DNA from: Octopus vulgaris
Taxonomy: Eukaryota
DNA length: 64,000 nt
NCBI GenBank assembly: GCA_951406725.2
Contig: OX597823.1
Coordinates: forward strand, 48,856,001 to 48,920,000
Direction: 5' to 3'
Positions 53,171 through 64,000 of the stretch are shown here, piece after piece. The first letter of the stretch is position 1; each line of letters opens with the position of its first letter. Position numbers and translations under genes: made by a program. The notes below the pieces were generated by a model. The model worked only from the letters and a program-made list of their open reading frames with translations. It had not been told where the DNA came from and did not search any database.

Positions 53171-54038
53171 TTCTTACTACTATCATTTCTGAAAAATTTC
53201 ACATCATTGTTCTCAACAAAATAGCATTGGAATATATGAGGGAAATGTATTCTATTGAAATTTTGGTAATATTTATTATTTGCAAAAATGAAACTATAAA
53301 TTTTATTTTACCAAATGACATTTGTTAGTGGTTTTACATTTATAGCTTCCTCCTTAGTTGTCAAAAAAGAAAATATTACAGCTAGATGCCATTGGTATTG
53401 TTTATCCACCAGACAAAAGAAAGAAGTAGAGAGACACTTGTTGCTAGCCAAGACAAGTAAGGCAAGTAGCATAATATATCTTGATTAGTAGATGTCTTAT
53501 GACAACAAATACAAGATTAGAACTTGTAACGTTATTACTATGACTTATGACCTATCTTTTATATGTTATCTCCCACTTGTTTCACTCATTAGACCATCGT
53601 TGGGGTACCACCTTGAAGGACATACTTAAAAAAATCAACCCCAATACTTATTCTCTTTTTAAAGTCTGAAACATTTTCTATTGGTCTCTTTCCATCAAGA
53701 TGCTATATTACAAGATGTAAACAAACCAACACCAATTGTCAAGCAGTGGTGGTGGTGGGGGTGGGTATGAGCATCAAGACACACACACTTAGATATACGG
53801 ATATATATTTATATATATCCGTATATATTTGGCTAGCCCAGGGCTATAGTAGGAGACACTTGCCCAAAGTACCACACAATGAGATCTCATAACAACTAAC
53901 CAAACAAACCCATCAAGTTTTCTGTAACAACTAACCAAACAGACCCATCGAGTTTTCTGCTCTGGAGAAGTACCTCAACTGCCTATAAGACATGCATCAT
54001 ACACCTACCACAAATAAATAAATAAGATAAATGAAAGC

Positions 54039-54176
54039 TACATTATTTACATTCGATGGATATTTGTCCTCATCTTGTTTGTTGTCAACACATTTCAGCT
54101 GATATACCCTCCAGCCTTCTTCAGGTGTCTTGGAAAAATTTCAAACTTGGTTTCTCATTCCTAAGGTATTTTTCAA

Positions 54177-54207
<31 letters not shown>

Positions 54208-54279
54208 GTTATTGTTCAGTTCACTGCTTGAAATCTTGGGGTTAGTAGCCTGCACTCTTAACAATTACGCCATATGCCC
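54039..54279 (-). mobile_element. tRNA-headed, hammerhead-tailed element, inverted copy
   Basis: Minus strand GGGCATATGGCGTAATTGTTAAGAGTGCAGGCTACTAACCCCAAG-(AAT)n-AAAAATACCTTAGGAATGAG..CTGAAGAAGGCTGGAGGGTATATCAGCTGAAAT; cleavage site lost. Confidence 0.85.
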
Positions 54280-54436
54280 ATAGTGGTTAAGAATGCCATA
54301 TGGCGTAGTGGTTAAGAGTGCAGGCTACTAACCCCAAGATTCCAAGATTGATTCCAAGCAGTGACCTTAACAATAATAATAATAATAATAATAATGATAA
54401 TAATAATAATAATAATAATAATTATATTAATAATAA

Positions 54437-54956
54437 TTCCCCGTGCAGACCGACAGGACTATAAAAGCCAATAAACTGGATATCATTATAAAAGATCAGA
54501 CAAAAAGGATGTGTTTATTAATTGACATGAGTATTCCTTGCGATCACAATATAGCGGCGAAAGAATTTGACAAGATTAGTAAATATAAAGACCTGCTAAT
54601 GGAAATTGAAAACATGTGGCATCTCAAGGCGACTACAGTACCAGTGATTGTAGGATCTCTAGGAATGATAAAAAAAGGTACTGAAACCTATTTGAAAATG
54701 ATTCCAGGCTTACCATTCCTACAGGAAGTGCAAAAAATCGTATTAACTGGAATGGCTCATGTACTGAGAAGAGCACTATCGCTGTGAAAATAACATCCAT
54801 CCATGAATTTATTTATTTATTAATTTTTAAATACATATTTTATCTGTGAATTTGTGCGTGTAATCTGGGAATGCATACAATGCTCTTCTCTGCCCTAGGT
54901 GTATGGAAAACACTCGGCGAGAAACGGAAGAAAATTTGAAGAAAGAAGGAAAAAAC

Positions 54957-54957
<1 letters not shown>
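54437..54957 (+). mobile_element. R4/Dong-like LINE 3' fragment inserted in (AAT)n
   Basis: QTDRTIKANKLDIII..CLLIDMSIPCD..KISKYKDL..VPVIVGSLG..QKIVLTGMAHVLRRAL (REL endonuclease); (AAT)n on both sides. Confidence 0.92.
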
Positions 54958-54999
<42 letters not shown>

Positions 55000-55057
55000 C
55001 AACAACAACATCGAAAAATACCTTAGGAATGAGAACCCAGTTTCGAAATTTCCCCAT

Positions 55058-55103
55058 GACACCTGAAGAAGGCTGGAGGGTATATCAGTCGAAACGTTGT
55101 GTT
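55058..55103 (+). ncRNA. Minimal type I hammerhead ribozyme motif
   Basis: gacac-CTGAAGA-a-ggctg-gagggtatat-cagtc-GAAAC-GTT-gtgtt; stems I and II pair; stem III reduced to the AACGTT palindrome. Confidence 0.8.
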
Positions 55104-55673
55104 AGCAACAAACAAGATGAGGACAAATATCCGTCGAATGTAAATAATGTACATAATTCCTCATCTCTTAAATATAGAACTGTATAGATGAAAGATTAAT
55201 TGTATTTCACATGAGAATTGTTTTAACAAAATAGTTGCTTAGTAGAAATAAAAATAATACCAGTTCTAAAGTACCTGTTTACAATAAAATTTGCTTTGTT
55301 TTATTTTCGTTTTCCATGGAAATGATTGGCTTCATAGCAAATTTCTATATGACAGATAAAATGTGATGAAGTGTTACCTAAAACAGAGAGTAGATATCAT
55401 GTGAAGAGTTGTTTAATTAGTTGTCATGAAATACACGAATGTCTTCTGTTAGCTGCGAGATAAATATTTGTAGCACATGGGAATGGGTATGTGTTTAATG
55501 AGTTTGCTTCCCCACCATGTTGTTCTCAGTTTGATCCGGCTGTTTTGCACCTCAGGCAAGTGTCTCTTACCAAAGTCTTAGATTGAGTAAGGGTATGTTA
55601 GTGAAATTTAATAGAGAGAAATCTGCCACATGTGTATGTGCATACATATATACAATATATACATACATATATA

Positions 55674-56482
55674 TCAGGTCATCCCATAAGTTCAGTCAGA
55701 TTTTACCTTTTTAAAATTGAATGAAATTTAATAGTATTTTATAATGTCTAATGGAATTAAAAATTATTTTTATGCATGTTATGCATTTTATGCATAATTA
55801 AAATTATTTCTATGCATTTCACCCTTTTTGGATAGACTTGTGACTGGTAACAAAAAATGGATCTTCTATCGAAATGTTAAACGTTGTAAACAGTGGCTTG
55901 GTAAAAGGGAAAAAGCTCAACCACAACCGAAAAGGGAACTTCATGGAAAAAAGGTTCTTCTCTCTATCTGGTAAAGGAGTAATTCACTTTGAATTGTTAC
56001 TACCCAATACAACAATCAATGCTCAAGTCTACTGTCAGCAATTAGAGTGTTTGAACCAAACTTTGAAGAAAAAAGACTTGCTTTCGTGAATCAAAAAGGA
56101 GTGATGTTTCATCAGGACAATGTGTGACCCCACACTGCAAAGATCCCATAACAGAAGATCAAAGAGCTTAGTTGGGAAAAAATTCCTCTTCCACCTTATT
56201 CCCCCGACCTTGCTCCTTCAGACTACCATTTGTTTCATAGTTTACAGAATCATTTGGAGACACAGCTTTCGCAAGCCAGGATGAGGTCAAAACTGACATT
56301 TCAGAGTTCTTTGCTTTGTAACCAAAAGAGTTTTACATTGATGGGATTAAAGGGCTTGTAAATAGATGGTAGGAAGTCATAGATAATCAGGGAAAGTACA
56401 TTGATGATTAAATTTCAATTAAATATAACATTTGACCACTTGTTTTCTTTATTTAAAATTTAGACAGAACTTATGGGATGAC

Positions 56483-56486
<4 letters not shown>
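55674..56486 (+). mobile_element. DD34D mariner deletion derivative
   Basis: TA-flanked TIRs TCAGGTCATCCCATAAGTTC / GAACTTATGGGATGACCTGA; LVTGNKKWIFY, HQDN...PPYSPDLAPSDYHLF. Confidence 0.93.
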
Positions 56487-56524
<38 letters not shown>

Positions 56525-56792
56525 CATTTGCTGCAATATTTGCAGCCTTAATAAAGCTGGTCTTCGTATGAAACAATTGTACCGAAATATTGATCCATTT
56601 TTGTTGCTTTTTTCTTGTTTATAATCACCCCGCATTATCTCATGGTTAATACCATATAGATTTCTGGTGCATCTAAGTTAAGTACCGCATTCATGTGAAT
56701 TCAACAGAACTCACTTGAATCTTAATTGCTTTTACTGAATATATATATATATATATATACTTTATTTAAAGCAGCAGAAAATTCAACAAAAC

Positions 56793-56830
56793 CTGTTACT
56801 CTGAGTTTCCCGTTGCCGTTCATCGGACAG
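56793..56830 (-). ncRNA. Hammerhead ribozyme motif with core variant
   Basis: Minus strand ctgt-CCGATGA-acg-gcaa-cgg-GAAAC-tcaga-GTA-acag; perfect 4-bp stem I; U4 replaced by C; weak stem II. Confidence 0.6.
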
Positions 56831-56933
56831 TTTTTGCTAGAATCCACCTTGTTTCACATTTATGTGTTTACTCCGGCATATATATATAAGTAAATAAATG
56901 GAGTTGAACGCAGATGTTATTCAAATTCTTTTA

Positions 56934-57019
56934 CTTTCAACATATGTTTCGAAGACAACATTGGTTTTATTCCAAAGGAATAAACGGTGTAAAATAATGC
57001 AATCTTCTCATCAGGAAAG
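56934..57019 (-). ncRNA. Type I hammerhead ribozyme motif, canonical core
   Basis: Minus strand ctttc-CTGATGA-gaaga..tcttc-GAAAC-atat-GTT-gaaag; 5-bp stem I; extended stem II; palindromic AACATATGTT stem III. Confidence 0.85.
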
Positions 57020-57168
57020 AAAGAGAACCTATCTCAACAACCAGACATTATAACAATTTTCATGACTGCATAAAGGATATCCTTTTTACTTGCGTGAATT
57101 TTGCTACCTTGGTAACTGTTTAGTGAATTTTCCATGTTAACGGTAAACAAAGGATAATTCATTACTCC

Positions 57169-57220
<52 letters not shown>

Positions 57221-57229
57221 ATGTATATG

Positions 57230-57261
<32 letters not shown>

Positions 57262-57583
57262 TGTATATTTTAACATTTATGAGGACTACTTTATACAGTT
57301 TTTGAAGTGTAATGGTGGCATTTTTTTTTTAAATGTTATGAAATCTTTTATGAAAATGTTACTAACCTGTTTTTTCTAGTGTGTGAGTGCTTTCATTAAA
57401 CCTTTTCAAACATATGTGCTCTTAATGAGAAGTTGTTATTTTTGTGGTAGTGGTAGTATTATTTCCAGTTTATTTTCAGACTTTTGGTTTTGATCATAAA
57501 CATTCTTTTACCATTGTTCATTATATGAAGTGTTGGCTATTTTCCGTTTAATTTCGGATATAAAGTATTCTTCTTTTGCCTTT

Positions 57584-57715
57584 CAAGTGTATTAGTTTAA
57601 TGCTCAGGAAGGACAGGCAAAAAGATTTTTCCATTCTTCTTGAGTATTAAACTAATACACTTGCTGGTTGTTCCTACATCTATCTTCATCTTTTGTTTTC
57701 AGTAAATTTGAATTA
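57584..57715 (+). mobile_element. Tail fragment of the 34850 family with 28-bp inverted 5' duplication
   Basis: 57584-57611 is the reverse complement of 57636-57663 (two mismatches). Confidence 0.65.
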
Positions 57716-58025
57716 TCTCACAGAGGCAATGACATATGACCAAGACCTTTGGCATTATGTCATGCTTGAGAAGAAGACCCATCAAACCAAGTAAAATGCT
57801 GTCATGGCAGATACTGGTGTCACACAAATTACACCCATGCTGGTGGCACATAAAATCGACCATTACATTCTCAGAGTGGTTGGCATTAGGAAGAGCATCC
57901 CGCCATAGAAACCATGTCAAATCAGACTGGAATTTGGTGCAGCCTCCCAGCTTGCCAGACCTGATCAAACTGTCCAACCCATGCCAGCATGCACAATGGA
58001 TGTTAAATGATGATGATGATGATGA
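57716..58025 (+). mobile_element. (GAT)n-tailed SINE-like repeat
   Basis: GGTTGGCATTAGGAAGAGCATCC..CCAACCCATGCCAGCATG..TTAAATGATGATGAT. Confidence 0.8.
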
Positions 58026-58067
<42 letters not shown>

Positions 58068-58485
58068 ATCTTTTACTCTTTTACTTGTTCCAGTCATTTG
58101 ACTGTGGCCATGCTGGAGCACCGCAGCACCGCCTTTAGTCGAGCAAATCAACCCCAGGACTTATTCTTTGGAAGCTTAGTACTTATTCCTTTCAGTCTCT
58201 TTTGCTGAACAGCTAAGTTACGGGGACGTAAACACACCAACATCGGTTGTCAAGCGATGTTGTGGGGACAAACACAGACACACAAACATACACACACTCA
58301 CACACATATATATACATATATACGACGGGTTTCTTTCAGTTTCCATCTACCAAATCCACTCACAAGGCTTTGGTCTGCCCGAGGCTATAGTAGAAGACAC
58401 TTGCCCAAGGTGCCACGCAGTGGGACTGAACCTAGAACCATGTGGTTGGTAAGCAAGCTACTTACCACACAGCCACTCCTACACC
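58068..58485 (-). mobile_element. Full-length CORE-like tRNA SINE
   Basis: Reverse complement of 43088-43514. Confidence 0.92.
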
Positions 58486-59031
58486 TATATATATATATAT
58501 ACATACATCTATATGTCTGTATGCATGTGTGTGTGTATGTATGTATACACATATATCTGTCTATACATACATACATACACATAGTTTGTACATATGTGCC
58601 TATCTTTCACTGATATATATTTATGAAAAGATGTAAAGAAAAAGAAGGAAAGTTATTCAGACAAAATAAGCTGTGGCATCTATTCCAACATGAATGCTGT
58701 CTTGTCACTCTTTCCACTGCATCATGAAGTGTAATAGTGACTTGGTCATTGGAAACCTCTATATTAAGGATGCTATTGTTAAAAAAATTCAATATAAAGC
58801 TGAAATTCAAATAAATTTATTTTAAAATAGTCATTATTCAATTCATTTGCAAGTGAATAACAATGTAGTGTATATATAATATTCATTGATTATTTCATAA
58901 ATTATACAACATTTGAAAAATACTTGATAGAGACTAAAAATATGGTTTTGCTTTGAATTCTTTAATAAACTATTCTTATTTGAAACATAGACTTTAACTG
59001 ATATATTTTAGATTATATATATTTATAACAG

Positions 59032-59341
59032 CGGATATTATTTTAGAATGGTATGTATTATTTTTTAGTATGGTATATATTATTTTTAGAATAGCACACA
59101 TTATTTTGGTATACATTATTTTTAGAATGATATGCATTATTTTTAGAATGGCATATATTATTTTTAGAATGGTATATATATTTTTAGAATGGTATACAGT
59201 ATTTTTAGAATGATGTACATTATTTTTAGAATGGTATATATTATATTTAGTATGGCATACATTATTTTTTGAATGGCATATATCATTTTTAGAATGGCAT
59301 ATATTATTTTTAGAATGGTATATGCTATTTTTAGAATGGTA
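59032..59341 (+). repeat. 21-bp minisatellite, about 15 copies (second block at 60936-61034)
   Basis: Unit GG(T/C)ATA(T/C)ATTATTTTTAGAAT. Confidence 0.93.
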
Positions 59342-60085
59342 TCATTCAACTACGGTAGTAGTCAAATAATATTCTTAAGGCTGCAATTTACTCACATGCA
59401 GTATCTTTCAGAGCTTGTCACTAATTCAGTTCTTAACCAAATTGAAAACTGTTAACATTTCTGAAGAGGAGTGGTCCCTAGCTAGATTTTGGCATAAGAA
59501 AAAAAATGAGATTTGATTCAGCAGAAAAAATTTGTATCAAAATTTGTAGCAATGTTATAGGAGAGTAAGTAATGCCACCAATCAAGTTTAAATCTAAATA
59601 ACTTTTTTTATTTTAAAAGTAAAATAAATTTATCTTAGCCTCAATGATAGAAGAAAGCATGAAGTGAAGTTCATAGTTTTGTTCCCATACAACAAAAATT
59701 TCTATGAAAAAGTTGTGAGGTTAAATATCAGGAAAAAATATAAGTAAAGCAAAAAATTGGTTTTAAGTATAATTAATTTTTTTTATTTTACAAACAAGCT
59801 ATATTTTAATTAAGCTTAAATGATAGAGCTCAATTTGAGAAATTTCTTGGTATCAATCTCATATGATGAAGTTTTAAAAGAAAAAGTTATGAATGTTTGT
59901 TTCTCAAATTTGAGGATGATAATATAGCTCTATACTTTTTTATGAACAAAATTCTATAAGGAGGCTTTTGATATATGTCACTGGCATCATTGAGGTAAGG
60001 AAAAATTATTAACGACACTGCTAATTGACACATTTGACACATTATTAATTAGCATAATAGCATAACCTGGAAAGAACATGGATTA

Positions 60086-60933
60086 CATGGAAAAATGTGA
60101 GCAAGAGAAATAATATTCTTAAAATTATAAGCCTGGAAAATTACATGACAAGTTATTATACTTGGAAAAGTTCAGGACAACTTATTACATCTGGTAAAGT
60201 ACAGAACAAGAAAACTTTTACTTAAAATATTGCAGTTAAGGATAAAATATGAATATTAAAAATTATTTGATTTTAATTTACAAAGTTACATTATAATTGA
60301 TAAAGGTACCATCATTTTGTTAAAATATTGACACACTAGAATACTTAACGAATGAAAGCCAGAAGTACCAATATAGCTAAAGTTTTATGCAAAGTAGAAT
60401 AGTATATATGGTAGGCGAATTCATTATGTAAAAAGTAGTCAAGACTAAAAATGTGAAGACTTAGCAATAACTTAGGCAACAACTCAAGCAAATTTTACTT
60501 TGAATTTGTTGTTATAGGTAGATTTTACTGTAATATATAACTGATTATGTACTACTATTATTTTTTATAACCTATTTTCAAATTCGTAATTATTAATTAA
60601 TGATTAAAAAAAATGAATTTTTTTAAAGTGCAAAAAGTATATTTTAATTGAGTTATTTTTAATTTTTTACTGGAAGTAACAAGTAATAACAAATAGAAGT
60701 AATAACTTGTAATAAAATTTTTAGTTTTAATAAAAGCTAATATTTTCTAAATTTAAATATTTTATTTGAAATTTTATCTTTAGCTGCAATATTTTAAGTA
60801 AAACTTTTCTTGTTCTGTATTTTACCAGATGTAATTTGTTGTCCTAAAATTTTCCAAGTGTAATAATTTGTCCTGTAATTTTCCAGGCTTATAATTTTAA
60901 GAATATTATTTCTCTTGCTCACATTTTTCCATG
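60086..60933. mobile_element. MITE with ~165-bp TIRs and subterminal repeats, TA-flanked
   Basis: TA-CATGGAAAAATGTGAGCAAGAGAAATAATATTCTT.. / ..AAGAATATTATTTCTCTTGCTCACATTTTTCCATG-TA; three ~30-bp GGAAAA..GACAA units in each arm. Confidence 0.9.
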
Positions 60934-61029
60934 TACATTATTTTTAGAATGGCCTGTATTATTTTTAGAATGGCATACATTGTTTTTTGAATGGCATATA
61001 TTATTTTAGAAAGGTATACATTATTTTTA

Positions 61030-61340
61030 GAATGTCTATACATTGGGTGAAGGATCTGTTCCTTATGTAGAGTGGTTCTCCATCTAATTAGCATACTTGT
61101 CTGTCATTATATAGTTGTATCCACAACCTGAACAAGTTATAACATAAATTAAACTCTCGGATGCCCAACTGAAGCTGGTCTTAATTCCGATCCTCTCTCT
61201 TTGTTTGAAATGGAATTCTGAGCCTTCCAGTAGGTTAGAGCATGTTCCACTGTTTCGACGTCCACATTTTGTAACCGTTGGTTTTCTGTTTGTTGTGCAA
61301 AGCTTCATGTTTGTCAGAAGTCTTTTCAGTGATTTGGGTT
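61030..61340 (-). mobile_element. Penelope-like GIY-YIG fragment
   Basis: PKSLKRLLT..KCGRRNSGTCSNLLEG..LIYVITCSGCGYNYI..RTTLHKEQI. Confidence 0.85.
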
Positions 61341-62069
61341 AGTATTTACATTTGATGAATTTGTGTTTTCAGAATATATATATGTAATTCCTCCCAAATC
61401 CTTTGAATGACCATCCTTAAAAAAAAACACTTAACTACTGACCATATTCTCTCAATAGAAAAAGAATAAAGGAGAAATGTTTTGACAATATATTCCCAAA
61501 ATACACACACACACACACACATATACATACATACATACACACATAAATATAAATATATATATATTTATGTGTGTATGTATGTATGTGTAATTTAATGTAC
61601 TTGAATTCTCCCCTCCCACAAAATTGCTGACCTTGTGCCAAAATTTGAAGCCAATATTTTTCTGTGACCACGTGTGTACACAGAGCTGGCCATGTTCTGA
61701 ATAGAAACTACCAATTCAATTCAAAAGACTTCTCTTCAATAGAATTCCTGAAACTTGAACTCTTGATCTCCACCTCAAACCTGCATAGACAAAACACATA
61801 CGTGACTCGAAAGTAAAATTTCACTGTGCACTAAAACAAGAGTGCAAACTGTTAACCCCCAATTTTCTTTCTCTTTGACTTCCAAAAAAATTCTTTTTAA
61901 TATTTGATTAGATGGATACATTGAAACTGATTATGTTTTAAATCACTCACTCTAACCAAAATATTAAACATTCTCTAAAATATACTTTTGTGCCTTTTCA
62001 AACTTTATTTACTTTTGTAACCATAATTGTTGATCTGTCTGGACACTTAACCCCTTTTCAACTATATAT

Positions 62070-62286
62070 ATATATATAAAGTTAATCCAAACATGAAAAC
62101 ACAAAGAGAAAAGACAACAATGCGAGGATGTGGAACAAGTATAGTATTATTGGATGCTCAGGAAAGAAGGAAAGAAGGAGTGTTTACCGTTTCGAGCAGA
62201 GCTCTTCGTCAGAAACATAGGAAAAGGAAAGATCCAAAGAAGGGAAGACGGAGGAAAAATATCACCAACAGTACACACGTGGTCAC
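62070..62286 (-). mobile_element. Short hammerhead-bearing repeat (motif at 62181-62217)
   Basis: Minus strand tgttt-CTGACGA-a-gagc-tct-gctc-GAAAC-GGT-aaaca; cleavage triplet reads GGU instead of GUH; 3' end abuts (TA)n. Confidence 0.7.
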
Positions 62287-62966
62287 AGAAAAATATTGAC
62301 TTCAAATTTTATATGTATGTATATGTGTAATTTAATGCAATTGAATTTTCCACTCCCACAAAATTGCTGACCTTGTGCCAAAATTTGAAGCCAATATTTT
62401 TCTATCCTTTACAATCATGGTCATTAAAAATAATTCATTTTACCAGATTGGTATGTTGTAAGTTCCCTGATTTTCAGCACATGTTCCTAAATCAGTCTTT
62501 TTATCTCATGTCCTGATCAGTGTTTTGATACCAAATATATATTCCAGATTCAAATAACATATACAGTTACATATCCAATAAATTCTATTTGATTCATATT
62601 TCTTGAAATGTAGATAATATTCTGTTTATATTGATCAGGAAAGACCACCATTCAACACCCTACTTCTAACACCATGATGTCAACTTTGTGTATGAAACAA
62701 ATTCTTTCTTTTAATATTTATATTATTATGAATTTTAGTTCCAACAGAACCTACTCAACATTCCATTGAATTATCACAGAATATCTGTTAACTCATTGCC
62801 ATTAAAGAATTAATCCAAAAGTCTTATTGCCTGACCAATATAATTTTTTAGTTCCAGTAACCATTATTCATGTTGCTATTTTCTTCTCAATCTTCCACTA
62901 TTCAAGAATAATACCACATCTCAAATGGTCTGAATTTGTCTGCTCCTTATTTGTCTTGCTAGTTTG

Positions 62967-63034
62967 TGTTTCACCAACTTATGTGGCAGGGCATCCTGTC
63001 TGTTTCACCAACTTATGTGGCAGGGCATCCTGTC
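62967..63034 (+). repeat. Perfect 34-bp tandem duplication
   Basis: TGTTTCACCAACTTATGTGGCAGGGCATCCTGTC twice. Confidence 0.97.
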
Positions 63035-64000
63035 TGGTTATTGATACTTTTTAAAATGCCTATCACAACATCATCATATGGATTTTTCCCAATAATTATT
63101 TTAATGAAAATAAAAATCCTTGTGCCTTTTGGGTTGCTTTCCTCTTTGTTCAATTATTATTTCAAATTGTTAAGTCTCTTACCAAGGTTTGTCTAAAAAA
63201 TATCTAACTTGCTTTTCATTTCTGAATGATTATGTCGTATATATTCATTAGTTTGCATTTGGTTTCTTCTAATATCGGCAGCTTTAGTTAGGATTGTACT
63301 CATGATCACTCTCACTGCATCACTAGTCAAAACAAAATAAAACCTGTACACATTGAAAGGCAAGTATTTTCTTACAATAAATTTGTTTATACTAAAGCAA
63401 GACTTGCTATGATAAAATTTAATTTGTAATTTAGTTGCATTTTATTAGAATCATAAAAAATTTAATTTATAAGTATTGCATAATACTGTTTAAAACTTGA
63501 GATAAGAAAAGTCATAAAATAATTTTTATCCAGCTGTTTCAAGTTTCCTACCCATTAATTAACTGTAAAACAGACATGTAAATATAAACAAAAGAGAATA
63601 TAAAAATTTTCTTTCTATATAGCAAACTCTTCATTTGGATATTTTATCATGAAGTGATGGACTAAAAGCTTTATGTATCCACCACTGAAGAATTAAATTT
63701 CAATATCTGTCTAAATGAACTCCTGGATTTAGCCTCAAGATTTTAAAATAATCACGTTTTTTTCAATGTTTTCAGAATGTTCCTCTTATCCATTCAGTAT
63801 GTCTAAGAAACAATAGTGTTGACTGTTTTTTAGATTATTTGCTATTCTTTGATGTGTTGTTTACGTTTTGTTGGATAAGAATCTCCAATTATTTTCTGGC
63901 AATATTCTTGGGCTAGGTAGGGATTGAGCCTAGAAACTATATTTTATCAACATGATCTAATGTTTTAACCAAAAGCTCAGAATTTAATCCTTTAACATTT

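Larger units (their letters stand above)
54295..55184 (+). mobile_element. tRNA-headed, hammerhead-tailed element, forward copy split by a LINE
   Basis: Head 54295-54368 (A box TGGCGTAGTGG, decayed B box GATTGATTCC); (AAT)n linker; tail 55010-55184 with intact hammerhead. Confidence 0.85.

Noticed and set aside
56545-56585. GAAAC-AATT-GTA hammerhead half
   Set aside because: Upstream core too decayed and no stems.
59164-59455. Heptad ILKM.YA repeat ORFs resembling a coiled coil
   Set aside because: Artefact of the 21-bp minisatellite.
62450-62800. Possible fourth PLE GIY-YIG relic on the minus strand
   Set aside because: Only scraps (KRLI*EHV) are visible; needs TBLASTN.

Overview
This is AT-rich, microsatellite-dense eukaryotic DNA with no host protein-coding gene that I can support. 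The SINE families and repeat style point to a coleoid cephalopod, probably Octopus (inference). Most ORFs in the track are artefacts of (TA)n, (CA)n or (AAT)n tracts or of SINEs; the real coding remnants all come from transposons. These are a Helitron cluster at 1-2824 (with a PIF1-type helicase fragment), DD34D mariner and DD37D maT remnants, RTE, R4/Dong-like and Hero-like LINE pieces, a Gypsy integrase relic and three Penelope-like (GIY-YIG) remnants. There are also at least four SINE families and two long-TIR MITEs. The most interesting signal is absent from the ORF track: about ten minimal type I hammerhead ribozyme motifs (CUGANGA..GAAAC..GUH, two or three with intact cores) on short non-coding elements. 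These elements sit in microsatellites and several carry inverted terminal duplications. One family joins a tRNA-like Pol III head to a hammerhead tail and occurs as a head-to-head pair (54039-55184). I infer these are Penelope-mobilised non-autonomous retroelements. Coordinates were read by eye and may be a few bases off; family names were not checked against any database.
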